NCBI RefSeq assembly: GCF_000315625.1
Contig: NW_005434607.1
Span: forward strand, 121,903-185,902
DNA length: 64,000 nucleotides
Direction of reading: 5' to 3'
From: Guillardia theta CCMP2712
Lineage: Eukaryota > Protista > Cryptophyta
A program made the translations under genes and the position numbers. A model generated the notes under the pieces. The model was given only the letters and a program-made list of their open reading frames with translations, was not told the origin of the DNA and did no database searches. Shown here piece by piece: positions 1 to 14,781 of this stretch. How positions within the stretch are numbered: the first letter of the stretch is position 1; each line of letters begins with the position of its first letter.

Positions 1-497
1 ATACCCCTGGTTATCTGTATATAAGCATGGGGTCCTGTCTTCCTCTCTCTCTCTTCCTTCTCCACTCTCTCTTCCTTCTCCTCTCTCTTCCTTCTCCTCT
101 CATTCTCCCTCTCTTCTCACTTCTTTTCTCTCTACTAGCATATCTCTTAACCTTTTACTATCTTCTATCCTTCCAGTCTCTTGCTCTGCTTTATAAATAC
201 TCTTATCTCAGAAGTCAATCACCTACCTGCTCTAACTTCGCTACTCAGCGCGGCATACAATCCATCCGATCGGTTATGAGCCTTAGGGCTGAGAGTTTTG
301 TGTACTCGGCGTACGGTGACAGTACCGGAAGTTAGTCCCAACCGTCGGCGTGACCGACTGCCGCGGCCAGGCGGCCCAAGCGGCCGGGCCGGGCCGGCCG
401 AGTCACTGAACTTCGGAATCCTCTGCATCCGGGCTCGCCTCAGAGACTAGTCGCATTTTCAACGCCGCCAGCAACGGTTGGAAGTGGGCGGGCCGAC

Positions 498-3400
498 ATG
501 GACGAGAGGCTCGGATGGCTGCGGCTGATAGTATGCAGCAATCTTTGCGTGAGCGAGTCAATATTCGAGGAGCTTGCGCAGAGACAAGATGGGCAAGGGC
601 GAGAGTATTCAGAAAGAATGAAAGAATTTTTCGATTCAAAAGGAGATGCGACCTTCGATGCAGCATTGATTTTCTATGCGGTGGAGGAGGAAACCAAGGT
701 TCATCAGCAAGAAGGTAAAACCTGTTCATATCAGAGGGAGTTTTCTTTTAATCTTGAGTTGCAGAGGATGTATCCAAGGAATCCAAACAAAGTTCTCCTG
801 ATTTAAAGAACTTACAGCTTGATGATAATCAAGTTCCTCCCCCTGAGAATGAAGACAAGGATGATGAAAATGACCAGAAGCATGATGAGGAAACGGACCA
901 TCGTTCGACATCTCCAGATGAGGATCGGACCAACGGTCAAATGCAAGCTTATAAAGGCGTGGAGATCACCACCACGACGACAAGCCGTAAGATGGTACTT
1001 CAGTGCATGACAGGCGGTTACCCCACAGCTCCCCCAGACACAAGGATTCTGTATTTCATCAAAGGAAATGGCACAATCAAGACTTTAAAAGACTTGGAAG
1101 AGAATGTTGACTTTGGTCTTTTGTGTGCACCAACGTTGATAATGCTGGAGCAAATCCTTTCCAAAGTGTACCTGCCGATCCTAGAGAAAGACACAGCAGC
1201 TGCAGACAAATCTATGCATCAAGACGTAGAAATGGAACTAATGCATAGTCTTCAGAAATTCTTATCACAAGTCAACCATGCTGTCTTACAGGTGGCAGGT
1301 GAAGTCAAACTGAATCTGCCGAGCGTCAGCTTTGAAGATGAAGCATTGATAAGCAATAATCCTTCCCTTGTCGGCGATTTAGAATCGACTGTTATGGATT
1401 GGTCGAGTCAAATTCAAAAGCTCGTTGAAGCAGAAATGGCAAAGGTTCCGGTAGGCAAGGGACCACTCGCTGAAGTTGAGTTCTGGAGGTCACGAAATGC
1501 ATCACTTTCTACTTTATACGAGCAACTGAACCTTCCGAATGTGAAGAAAGTGATTCAAATTCTTGAGAACATGAGCAATAGTTTCGAATCGGATGCATTT
1601 AGAGAATTCCAATTGCAATCTTCCACGCTGTTGAAATTGCATGTAGAAGCAAAAGACAATGTCAAGTTCTTGTCAACACTTGAAAGACATTTCAAGAGTA
1701 TTTCGCAAGGATCTCTGAATGAAATAACAGATACAATTCCTCCGATGATGAATGCTATACGTATGGTATGGGTAATTTCTAGACATTACAACACGGACGA
1801 GCGTATGGTTCCTTTGATGGAAAGGATTGCCTTCGAACTTGCCGAGAGGGTTGCCCAGGACCTTGATGTGAAGACTCTGTTCAGGATTGAACTGGCAGAA
1901 GCAAAAAAGATGATCGGAGATGCACAGAATGTCCTTGAAAAATGGAAAGAAGCTTATTTCAAAGTTCGACAAAAGATTGAAGAATCAGGCAGAGATCAGA
2001 GATGGGAATTTGATAGAAAACGGCTTTTTGACCGAACTGATTACATGGTCAGCTGTTGTAATGATATCCACGACGTTGCTTTAGTTTTGGAGCACTTCCA
2101 CAACATCCTTGGGCCAGAGTTGAAAGCAGTGACTGGCGATTCAAAGGGAATCGATGATGTTCTTACTAGGGTGAATGCTCTCGTCTACCCGCTAGAGTCA
2201 GTTCCTTTCGATCTGTTTGACCGAAGATTTCAGTCAAGTTGGGAAGCAATCATGCATCGATTCAGAGAAGACGTCTCAAGAATCGAAGAGGAGACTAAAA
2301 CTTTCATCAATGAGTCATTCAAGAAGCTTAGATCTGCTGAGGGTGCTTTTGATCTTCTACAAAAATTCAAACACATCAAGACTCGAGACTCAATCAACAA
2401 GCAGATGATGGACAAATTTTCTGATATCCTGGGTAGATACAAGGAAGAAGTTCATCTAGTGAAGGACCTTTTTCTATCTAGCAAATCCAATCCTCCAAAA
2501 TTCAAAAACCAGCCACCGGTGGCAGGTGCAATTGCTTGGTCCAGGGCTTTGTTTTACAGAATTAAGAAATCAATTATAAGGTTTCAATCTTATGAAGATA
2601 TGATGTCTGGAGAAGAAGGACAATTGGTAACCAAATTTTACGTTGAGGTTGGAAGAATGATGAGATTGTACGAAAACGATCTAGTTGAAGGATGGAAATC
2701 TAAAGTTGAAGATGCTGTCATTCAGCATTTGAAAAGTTCAGTCCTTACGGAGGTCAATGGAAAAATTGTTGTTAATTTTGATCGGAGTCTTGTCACAATC
2801 ATACAAGAGGCTAAGTATCTTGACAGAATGGGTATAGCAGTACCGGAAAATGCATTGAATGTCGCACTCCAGGAAGAAAAGTATTATGAATATGTCGAAG
2901 CCTTGAAAATTATGCTGGATCATTACCATCATGTTGTCAAGTCACTTTCACCTGCTGAGGAAGAACTGCTTCATGTACAGATACAAGATTTGGAGACGAC
3001 CATACGATTTGGCTTTGATCCTCTCAACTGGAACTCGCTAGCCATCAAGGAGTATATGGAGCGATGTACCAAGCACATCAACGAGTTTTCTACTACGTTG
3101 AAACAGGTTCAAATGAGCGCTTCAAACATTGAATCTGTGGTGCTATCGATCATGAATGCACAGTTGGTTGATCCTGGGGAACTTGATGGCAAAAGCATAA
3201 TGGATATGCAGGAATTTTATGAAAACGTGGAAAAGAATCGTAGTTCTACTGTTGAAACCATGGTGAAGAAATATCGAACAATTAAGGAACAAATGGGTAA
3301 AATTGAAGGTATTGTAGCCGGAAGTGGTACAAACAAATCACCTGCATTGAAAAGTTATTACAAACATTGGGAAAGTTTGATCTTCAAAGCCTTGACGCGG

Positions 3401-6400
3401 TGTGTGCACAGATCCTTGCATCAATTCTATGTGTTTTTGAACGTCAATCTCACATCCTTGGATGCAAGACATCCACCGATTTTTCGAGTAACAGCCAGTC
3501 TTGTTGCACCAGATATTGTTGTTTCTCCTGCTCTAACAGACATGCACAAGCTTTTCCAAAAGATGGTCAAAAACACGGTCGAGAGCACAAAGTCTTTTAT
3601 TCGCTGGATGAAAGGAACCTGCATCGAAACGCCACCACAATATTTTCATGGAGAAGAAGAAGAGCCTGTAATTTATTCATTCTACAGTGATATTTCTGCT
3701 GATCCTACTATCATCAAAATGATGCTTACATTGAATCAGTCGGTACAAAAGGCATTTGCAAATTTGAAACGCTTTCTGGAAAAATGGAAGAGGTATTCGG
3801 GTTTATGGAAGCATGACAAAGCTGCTGTCTTGGAGAAGTTCATGAAATCCAACCCCACATTTGTTGACTACGAGGAGAAGTTATATTACTACAAGAAAGT
3901 GCGATCTCAAATCAAAGAAGAAAGGCCTGTGACAGATATTGACTTCATCCAAATTTCGTGCCACCCACTGATTTCAGACCTTGAAAGAGAGGCGAACTCT
4001 TGGATCATGACGATTGGCAAAACGATGCATGAGACTGCCAAGCAAAATACATTGAGTCTAAATGAAGCGCTCACTTCTAAGCGAGCAAAACTAACGGAAG
4101 CTCCAGACAATCTTGAAACACTCAAAGACATCGTGAGATTGATTGGAGACATTCGAAATTTGACTCCAATCATGGAAGAAAAGTTTATGGAAGTTGAAGA
4201 GCAGTTTCGAACACTTGGTATGTTTGAGTATCCTTCAGAGGAATCAGTTCGAGAACTGGCTCGAAGTATTCGAAATTCATGGTATGACTTGTGTGAAGAA
4301 TCGAAGGAAGTAGACTACAAGTTGAGATCCATCAAAAAGAATTTTTGTGAGGTTACTCAGAATCAAGTTGATGATCTAGTGCTTCAAACCAAGAAGTTGA
4401 TGAAAGAATTCAAGGAAAATGGACCTGACTCTCCAGATATCCACCTTGGCGATGCGTCATTGGATCAAGGTCTTGAACGCATGATATCCTACAAGGACAG
4501 GATTTCGGACGTTGGGAAGATGAAGGATGAGTTGACAGCTGCGCAGCTTTTGTTTGGACTTGAAGTCATGTCTTATCCGGAAATTGCAATGATGGAATCG
4601 AGTTTAAAGAGTCTGGATACCATATACTCCAAATATGAGGAATTCCTCAGACAGACTCAAGAATGGTCTGGGACGTTGTTCTTCAAGGATCTGAACATTT
4701 CTAGTTTGACTGAAAGAATGGAGGAATTGATATCAAATCTCAAGAAGTTGCCAAAATTGACCCGCCAACTTGGAGTGTATGCAAAAGTCCTTGAAGCACT
4801 AGAAAAATTTGAATCAACTATCCCATTGCTTGTCAAATTGAAATCTGATTCATTGAGAGAACGGCATTGGCAAAAATTGATGAGTTTGACTGGAAAATCA
4901 TATAATCTGGACCCCAACTCTTTCACGCTTGGTAAGCTTTTCGAAATGAATTTGGAACAATTCAGCGATCAAGTTAACGAAATTTGCAATGCTGCTTCGA
5001 AGGAGCTTGCGATAGAGAACGGCCTCAGCAAAATAAAGGACACCTGGGCAACACTTTCATTAGAATTGTTTCCTTATAGCAAGGGAGAGATCCCCCGCGG
5101 TTACATTCTAAAGGGGACAGATGACATCATGAATGCGATCGATGAAAATATGACAGCACTTCAAGCCATGGGGAGCTCCAAGTTTGTGGTTCCATTTCTC
5201 GAAGAAGTAAAATCCTGGGAAAAAATTTTATCTACGATTGGTGAGTGTTGCGATATCTGGCTCATTGTTCAGAGAAAATGGCAGTATCTTGAAGGAATTT
5301 TCATAGGCTCAGATGATATCCGACTGCAGCTGCCAGAAGCAGCAAAAGAATTCGATAAGCTTGACAAGACATGGATGAAAATCATGGATGACACCAAGAA
5401 AAACAGAAATGCGAAGACCGCATGTACTGCCGAAGGTCGAGTGGATCAATTGACTGACATGTCATCTGCATTGGACAAGTGTCAGAAAAGCTTGACTGAT
5501 TACTTAGAAACAAAAAGGAACTCATTTCCAAGATTTTTCTTCATATCTGATGATGAGCTGCTTAGTATACTGGGTACTTCAGATGTGACTTCAATCCAAG
5601 AACATATGTTGAAGTTGTTCGACAATTGCAACGAGCTGATATTTGCACGAAACAACAAAATCGTGAAAGGAATGATATCTGCTGAGGGTGAAACCTTTGA
5701 TTTTCGTACTGTCGTGCCTGTAGAAGGACCAGTAGAAAATTGGATGACGAATGTTGCATTGGAGATGAAAAAAACTCTTGCAGAAATCATGAAAGAATCT
5801 GTTTTTCACTATCCAAAGGTGGCTCGTTTGAAATGGATGGATGATTCTTTGGGAATGTGTTGCCAGACTGGTATCAAAATATGGTGGACTTGGGCGATTG
5901 AAGATGTTTTCAACAAGGTCAAAAATGGCGACAAAAATGCCATGAAATCTTACGCACATAAATTGAAAGATGAAGTGAATGATCTGGTGAGAGAAGTTCG
6001 AAAAGACTTGCACAAGCTGATGAGGAAGAAAGTTAATACTCAAATTATTGTTGATGTCCACGCCAGAGATGTCGTTGATCGATTTATTCGTGACAGCATA
6101 ATGGATATCAGAGAATTTGCGTGGGAAAGCCAGCTTCGTTTCTACTGGGAGAGAGTGAGAGACAATTGTGTTGTCCGTCAATGTACAGCAGAAATTCTCT
6201 ATGGCTATGAATACATGGGACTGAATGGAAGGCTGGTCATTACGCCATTAACGGATCGTTGTTATATGACGATCACAACTGCAATAAGCTTTCGATTAGG
6301 GGCTGCACCAGCTGGTCCAGCTGGGACAGGAAAAACGGAAACAACGAAGGACTTGGCAAAAGCTTTGGGTACCCAATGTGTTGTTTTTAATTGTGGAGAA

Positions 6401-9400
6401 GGTTTGGATTACCAGGCCATGGGAACAATATTTTCTGGTTTGTGCCAATGCGGAGCATGGGGTTGCTTTGACGAATTCAATAGAATCAATCTAGAGGTTC
6501 TATCAGTTGTTTCAGCGCAGCTAAAGACAGTGTTCAATGCCCTCAGTGGTGAATTGAAAAGATTCCAATTTGAAGGAAGGGAGATTTCGTTGATATCCAC
6601 ATGTGGATTTTTCATTACGATGAATCCTGGATATGCAGGAAGAGTGGAGCTGCCAGACAATCTCAAAGCCATGTTTCGCCCAGTAACGATGATAGTTCCA
6701 AACCTACAGCAGATCTGCGAAATTATGCTATATTCAGAAGGTTTTGAGACAGCAAGAGTGCTTGCTCGCAAGATGGTAGTACTGTACAAACTTGCTAAAG
6801 AGCAATGTTCGAAACAGCCACATTACGATTTTGGCTTGCGAGCACTCAAATCAGTGCTTGTTATGGCCGGTGGCTTAAAGCGAGATCCACAAAATTCAAG
6901 TCTTGGTGAAGATATGGTTTTGATGCGTGCATTGCGTGACATGAATGTGCCAAAATTTATTTTTGAAGATGTTCCGCTCTTCTTGGGCCTGATTAACGAC
7001 TTGTTTCCTGGTTTAGAATGTCCAAGAGTTCAACAACCTGCTTTGAAGACAGCAATACAGCAAAAACTCGAAGAAGGTGGATACAAAGTATTCTATGAGC
7101 AAATTGACAAGACCATTCAGCTTTACGAAACGATGTTGACACGACACACAACGATGGTCGTAGGTCCCACTGGCGGAGGAAAAACTGTTGTTTTAGTCAC
7201 CTTACAGAAGGCACAAACAGATTTGGGTTGGCCAACAAAGCTATTTGTTCTGAATGCCAAGGCTCAAACAGTGAACGAGCTTTACGGTGTTCTGGACCCC
7301 GTCACTCGCGAGTGGGCAGATGGTCTCCTCTCAAATATATTCCGTGATGTGAACAAACCTCTACCACCAGGAAAAGAGAATGAGAGGAGATATATCGTAT
7401 TTGATTCGGATGTGGATGCTGTTTGGGTGGAGAACATGAATTCTGTAATGGATGATAACAAGTTGTTGACATTGCCAAATGGTGAAAGAATCAGAGTTGC
7501 AGATCACTGCAAACTGCTATTTGAAGTAGGAAATCTGATTTACGCTTCACCTGCGACTGTAAGTAGGTGTGGGATTGTATTTGTTGATCCGAAGAATTTA
7601 GGATTCGAGCCGTATGTGTGGAAGTGGCTCAATGAGAGGTCTGACATGACTCAGGCTACGAATTTGAAGCCAATATTGTCAAAATACCTCATGAAGTGCA
7701 TAAGCTTTGTGGTCGATGGGCTCATGCCTGATAATGAATTCGCCCCAAAGCCAGATGCAATTGTCAACTCAACTGACTTAAATTATGCCACACAATTCTG
7801 CGCAATGCTGGGTGCCATGTTAGATGGAGAGAACGAAATCAATGATTCCGGGATTTTGGAATCGATTGTTATTTTCTGCTTATGTTGGTCTGTTGGGGCC
7901 TCAATCCTCGAAAATTGCCGGGAAAGATTCGATAAGATCGTAAAAGAAATATCAGGAATGCCTGTTTCAAGCAGCAAAAGTGTTGGGATTGGTTCTTTGC
8001 CAGGTTCTTTACCAACTTTGTATCATTTCTACTTCGATTCAAACTTGAGCAGATGGATTCCGTGGCAAGAAAATGTTACTGAATACCAGCATGTTCCTGG
8101 AATGCCATTTTCAAACATAATCGTCCCAACTATAGATACAGTTACATACACCTACCACCTGGAATGGAATGTCAAAATATTCCGTCCCGTAATGTACTGT
8201 GGTGCCGTGGGTACCGCCAAAACTGTTACCATTCAAAATTTTTTGAAAAATCTATCCACCGATCAATATTCCAACATAGGAATAAATTTCTCTTCTAGGA
8301 CAACTAGTATTGCATTGCAGCGCAACATTGAAGCATCGCTGGAAAAGAGAATGAAAGATACGTATGGTCCGTCAGGTGGCAAAAAGCTTTTGATATTCAT
8401 AGATGATATGAATATGCCAAAAATGGACTTATACGGAACACAACAGCCGATAGCACTACTGAAGTTGTTGATTGGAAGGGGAGGGCTGTATGAAAGAGGA
8501 GAGAACTTCAAGTCTGGAGAAGGAACAAACTGGAAGAATATCAAAGATTGCTGTTACTTAGGGGCTATGGGCCCTCCTGGAGGAGCCAGAAGCTCCCTGG
8601 ATCCTAGGTTTACTTCAATGTTCAGCGTTTTCAACATTCCATTCCCATCCAAGACCTCACTGACAACCATCTTCGAGTCGATGTTGAAGAAGCATCTGGA
8701 AGGGTTCCCACCACAAATTCAGCAAGCCTCTCAAAAATTGACAGATTTGACTCTTTCTCTCTATGACCTCATTGCTGTCAATCTGCCTCCAACGCCCAGC
8801 AAATTTCATTACCTTTTCAATCTACGTGATCTAGGCAGGGTTTACCAGGGACTCTTGCAAATGACACCGGACAAGTTTGACTCAGTTGCAAGTGTAGTTC
8901 GAGTATGGAGAAATGAATGTCTTCGAGTATTTCATGACAGACTGGTTTCAGATGATGATAGAGAGTATGTTCAAGGTCTCATACAGAACCTCGTCAAATC
9001 TGCGTACAATAGTGATGCAGACTACATCTTGGAGAATCCTATTCTTTTTGGAGATTTCAAAAATCTTTTCCTGGATACAGATGATGACGCAAACGACTCT
9101 AAAATGGAAGAGTTTGCACCAAGATTATACGAAGACATGATTTCATACGATGTTGTTAAGGATTGCTTTGAACGAATCCTACAAAATTACAACCAAAAAC
9201 AGAAAAAGATGAATCTTGTTCTGTTTGACAATGCTTTGGAGCACTTGGTGAGGCTACAGAGAGTTCTTGAAATGCCACGTGGAAATCTGCTTCTGGTGGG
9301 TGTCGGTGGAAGCGGAAAACAAAGTTTGACTCGACTTTCATCGTTTGCGGCAGATTGTGGACTCTTCGAAATTACTCTGTCCAGAGGATACAATGAGAGC

Positions 9401-12400
9401 TCGTTCAAAGAGGATTTGAAGCGACTCTATGGAATACTAGGCCAACAAAATCAGAAAACAGTGTTTCTTTTCACCGATGCACATGTTGTTGAAGAGGGAT
9501 TCCTGGAATGGATAAACAATATGCTGGCTTCTGGAATGGTTCCCGGGCTTTTTGCTGAAGATGAGAAAGATGTTTTGGTCGCAAGTGTAAGAGAAGCAGT
9601 TGCTCAACAAGGAATTGTTGAGACAAAAGAGAACTGTATGAACTTCTTCATAGACAGATGTCGTGATAATCTTCATATTGTTTTAGCAATGTCGCCCATT
9701 GGAGAAAATCTACGCACGAGATGCAGAAACTTTCCTGGCATGGTCAACAATACCACGATAGACTGGTTCACACCCTGGCCTGAAGATGCTCTTCTTTCCG
9801 TTGCAGGCCGATTCCTGTCCTCAGAAAAGTTGGATGACAATTTAAGGCCGAAGATAATAGAGCACTTCAAAAATGTCCATGAATCCGTCAGGCAAAAGAG
9901 CGCTGAATATCTTTCTAGTGTAAGAAGATATAACTATGTCTCCCCGAAAAACTTTTTGGACTTCATTTCCAACTATAAGCAGCAATTGAATAGCAAAAGA
10001 GATGAAAATGAGGAAATGATAAAGCGACTCGATGGAGGACTATCCAAACTTGTGCAAGCTGCAGATGAGGTTGCAAAGTTGCAGCAAGAACTTGCAGAAA
10101 AGACTGTGATCGTGGAATCAAAGTCCAAGGAGGTAGAAGAAATGTTAGTTGAAATTGAAGCAAATACTGCGGATGCGGTGGCAAAACAAGAGTTTGCCAC
10201 GGCGAAGGAGAAAGAGCTTGATATTATGAAACAGAAGATTGCCGAACAAAAAGAAGATGCAGAAAGTCAGCTTGCATATGCCATGCCAGCGCTTCAAGAG
10301 GCTGCTGAAGCGCTGAACAATTTAAGAAAAGATGATATCACTGAGATTCGATCTTTTGCTAAGCCTGCCCCGCTTGTTGCGGCAGTTTGCGAATGTGTTT
10401 GCATTTTCAAGAAAGTAGAAGACATCTCGTGGAAGGGTGCTAAAGCTATGATGTCAGACACTGGATTTCTTGCCTCATTGGTGAATTTCAACAAAGACGG
10501 ACTGACATCAAAGCAAGTGAATCGAGTCAAATCATACTACAAAGATCCAAAATTCAATCCCCAGGATCTGAAATCCATCTCAATAGCGGCTGCTGGACTG
10601 TTGCAGTGGGTCTCTGCAATGGTAAATTACTACGATGTGTCGTCAAGGATTGAACCAATGCGTGCTGCAGTACGACAAGCGGAGATGGATCAACAGAAGA
10701 ATGAGAAAGATCTTTCAAAGCTTAAAAAGGAGCTGGCAGAAATAAGCCACACATTGGAAGTTCTTCGAAATGACCTTGAGCAACGGACAGCAGAAAAAGA
10801 AGCATTGAAGAATGAAGCTGACAAAATGGCTGCATTGTTGTCTGTAGCTGAGCGCTTAATTTCAGGATTATCGAGTGAGAGAGAACGTTGGAATGAAGAT
10901 ATCAAATCCTTGGGTGAAGAAAGGGCAAAAATTGATGGAGATTGTTTGTTAAGTTCTGCTTTCTTGAGCTACATGGGAGCATTCGACTTCTCGTTCAGAT
11001 CATCCATTCTGAACCAGACTTGGATGCTTGACATTACTGATAAGCAGATACCACTTTCTCAGCCGTTCCTGCTGCAGAAAATGCTAACCAGTGACGTCGA
11101 GTTGAGCAAATGGGAGGGTGAAGGATTGCCGTCGGATGAGTTGTCAGTTCAGAACGGTATTCTGACAACCAGAGCAAGTCGATGGCCTCTGTGTATCGAT
11201 CCGCAAATGCAGGCCGTCACGTGGATCAAGAAGAAGGAAGGAAAGGAATTGGAGGGCCGAACGAAATCCTTCAATGATAATGATTTCCTAAAGATTCTGG
11301 AAATGTGCGTCAATTACGGATTTCCATTTCTCTTTGAAAATATCGATGAATACATCGATCCAGTAATCTCTCCTGTGCTTGACAAGGATATCAAGAATGT
11401 GGGAGGAAGAAGCTTTGTAAAGCTCGGCGACAAAGAAGTGGATTGGGATTCAAACTTTCGGCTTTACTTCACAACAAAACTTTCGAATCCGCATTACAGC
11501 CCAGAAATTTTTGGACAAACGATGATCATCAACTACAGCGTTACTCAGAAAGGGTTGGCAGATCAGCTCTTGAACGTGGTAGTCAAACACGAGAGGCCTG
11601 ATCTTGAGGAATTGCGTGAAAATCTAGTTCAAGAGCTAAGTGAAAACAAAATTCTTTTGAAGAAATGTGAGGACACATTGCTTCGAGAGCTTGCTTATGC
11701 GACGGGAAATTTGCTGGAAAATGAAGATTTGGTGCTAACCCTAGAAAAGACCAAGGCTACCGCCGTTGAAATTGCATCCAAAATACAAATTGCAAATCAG
11801 ACGGCAACTGAAATTGAAAGAACTCGTGAAGGTTACATGCCCATTGCAATCAGAGGATCAGTATTGTACTTTGCCATGGCAGGGTTGTCGGTACTCAACA
11901 TGATGTATGAGTATGCTCTATCTGCCTTCTTGCAAGTTTTCAATCTTTCTTTGGAGCGATCAAAGAAAGATGCTAGTTTGGAAGGGAGAGTCTTGAATGT
12001 GATGGAGCATTTGACCCTTAGTTGCTACAACTATACCTGTATGGGACTCTTCGAACGGCACAAGTTGTTGTTCTCCTTCCAGATGACGTGCATGATTCTG
12101 AAAGAGAGAAATGATATTGATCTAGAACTTCTTGATTTCTTCATCAAGGGTAACTTGGAAATCGGAGGAAAAGAAACTCCACCGTACGAATGGATTTCAG
12201 AAGCTGGTTGGCATGATCTCAGCCGTCTTCATCATAATTCAGCCTTTGAAAACCTAATTCAAGATATTCAGCAGAACGAACCAACATGGAAAGAATGGTA
12301 TGACTTGGAGGCTCTCGAGCGTGTTTCGATTCCTATGGGTTACTCTGACAGTCTTGATTCCTTCCAGAAGCTCTGTCTCCTGCGATGTTTTCGGCCAGAT

Positions 12401-14308
12401 CGTGTAACAGCAGCCACCCAAATTTTCATAATAGAGAAAATGAGTGACAAGTACGTACAACCTCCAGTGTTGAATTATATGAAAGTATTTGAGCAAAGCT
12501 CTCCACACATTCCGGTTTTGTTCATCCTTAGCCCAGGAGCAGATCCAGCCTTTGATGTTTTCAATCTTGCCGACAAACTTGGGTTTGGTGGCCCAAAAAT
12601 GAAATTCATTGCATTGGGCCAAGGGCAAGGAAAAGCTGCTGGTCAAATGCTTGAAACAGGGGCCTCAAGAGGACAATGGGTAATGCTTTTGAACTGCCAT
12701 CTCCTATCGAGTTGGTTGAAGACATTAGAAAAGATCTTGGAACACAACACAAAACCTCATGCTGACTTCAGACTTTGGATGACGACGGATCCGACGGACG
12801 CTTTTCCCTTGGGTATCTTGCAGAAATGCCTCAAAGTCGTGACAGAACCGCCGAATGGGTTGAAACTCAACATGCGTGCAAGTTTCTCAAAGATTAGTGA
12901 TGAATCTCTGGAGGCTTGTCCACATTATGCTTTCAAGCCCCTCGTGTATGTATTGGCCTTTTTTCACGCTGTAGTGCAAGAAAGGAGGAAATACGGCAAG
13001 GTCGGATGGAACGTTGGCTACGACTTCAACGAATCTGATTTTCGAATTTCCATGCAATTGATGGAGTATTATCTTACAAAGACACACGAAGAGAAGCAGG
13101 AAGCTACTCCATGGGGAAGCCTGCGGTACTTGATAGGAGACGCCATGTACGGCGGGAGAGTCACATGCGATTTTGATAGACGCGTCCTAACAACTTACAT
13201 CCACGAGTACATGGGTGACTTCTTGTTTGACGCCTTCCAACCTTTTCATTTCTTCAAGAACAAGGATTATGACTACTCCCTTCCAGAGAAGGCCTCCCTC
13301 TCGACATGCATGGAAATGATTGAACAACTCCCTTTGGTGACCAGTCCAGAAGTTTTCGGACTTCATCCAAACGCTGAGATTAGTTATATGACATCTGCAA
13401 CTAAAGAACTCTGGACCGGGATGGTACAAATGCAACCAAGAGGGGGCGGAGGAGGTGGAGTCAGCAGTGAGGACATGATATCACGAGTAGCTCGTGACAT
13501 TCAATCTGACATTCCTGTTGAGTATGACGTGCCAGTCCTCAGGCGGCATATGGCGAATGAGAATGGCACGCTAACTCCACTCCAGGTTGTTCTCCTACAG
13601 GAACTCGACCATTGGAATGCTCTGAATAACTATATGAGAACAAGTCTGAACGATCTTCAACGAGCCTTAAAAGGAGAGCTTGGAATGAGCGCTGAACTTG
13701 ACAGTATCGGACAAGCGCTTCTCAACGGAGTTCTCCCAACACAGTGGTTGAAACGCACTCCAGACACCAGGAAAGGCCTGGCAAATTGGATCAAGTATTG
13801 GAATCGAAGACAAGAGCAATTTTCTAGGTGGGTGGAAGAGGGAGAGCTGAAGGTTATCTGGCTCTCTGGTCTGTCGATTCCCGAGACGTATCTTGCAGCT
13901 GTTGTTCAGACAACCTGCAGGCGTAAGAGATGGCCGCTAGATAAATCGACCCTTTACACCAAGGTCACCAAATTCCGCCATGAAGAAGAGATCAGTGAGA
14001 AGCTACTGGACGGATGCTACGTTTCCGGTACATACATTGAAGGGGCAGCCTGGGACATTGAAAAGGGTTTGCTGGTGAAGCAAAATCCCAAAGTGTTGAT
14101 TCAAGAAATGCCAATCATTCAAGTGATTCCGGTCGAGGCTCACAGGCTCAAGCTGAGCAACACCTTTCGAGCTCCCGTGTATGTCACATCAGCCAGGAAA
14201 AATGCGGCAGGTGTAGGGCTAGTCTTTGAAGCAGATCTTGATACTGGAGAGCATCCAAGTCATTGGACCTTACAAGGAGCTGCCCTAGTGCTCAACAGCG
14301 ATGATTGA
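498..14308 (+). CDS. DNAH10: Axonemal dynein heavy chain, inner arm I1/f alpha type; exons 498-714 and 765-14308
   Basis: 4455-aa ORF with four P-loops ([32 protein letters not shown]), CFDEFNRI, stalk coiled coil and DNAH10-type tail motif [33 protein letters not shown] intron at 715-764 joins ORF 498 in frame to ORF 941. Confidence 0.93.
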
Positions 14309-14781
14309 ACATCGTGCCGTGCGCACGAACAAGAAGTCGAAAATTCCACTCCAAATTTTTCGACTGATCGGGAACTCCAAGATTGATATTTCCTCCTGCA
14401 AGAGTATTTTTGTACTGTTCTTCCAATGATTGCTTAGCAGTCTTCGTCGCGTAATTTAGACTTTTCTTGTCCACAAAACCTCTTTTAGTAAAGATTTGTT
14501 TTTGTTTTCGAGTTCGATAGCAGCGAATAATTATTCCCTTAATCGGATCCAATAACCATGAAGCGCACTCCGCCTTACGACAATCAACAATCTTCAATCA
14601 ACGTCACAAGGTGAAAGAGGCGGGAAGGCAAGAGAAAAGCAACACCTCTCTATCTTAAATCCATCTATTTCTAAAACTAGCTTTTAGCTGTCAAGGGAAA
14701 ACGAACGTGATGACCTTGTCGCTATTCTGTCGCTCCAAAACCTCTGTGCTCTCACGAAGAATTCTTTCATGATCACATCAA

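Noticed and set aside
27-335. Leu-rich hydrophobic ORF
   Set aside because: Product of a CT-rich low-complexity tract.
941-14308. Many short antisense or alternate-frame ORFs over dynein (also over the LRR and cadherin-like genes)
   Set aside because: Shadow ORFs of long coding regions with no recognisable motifs.
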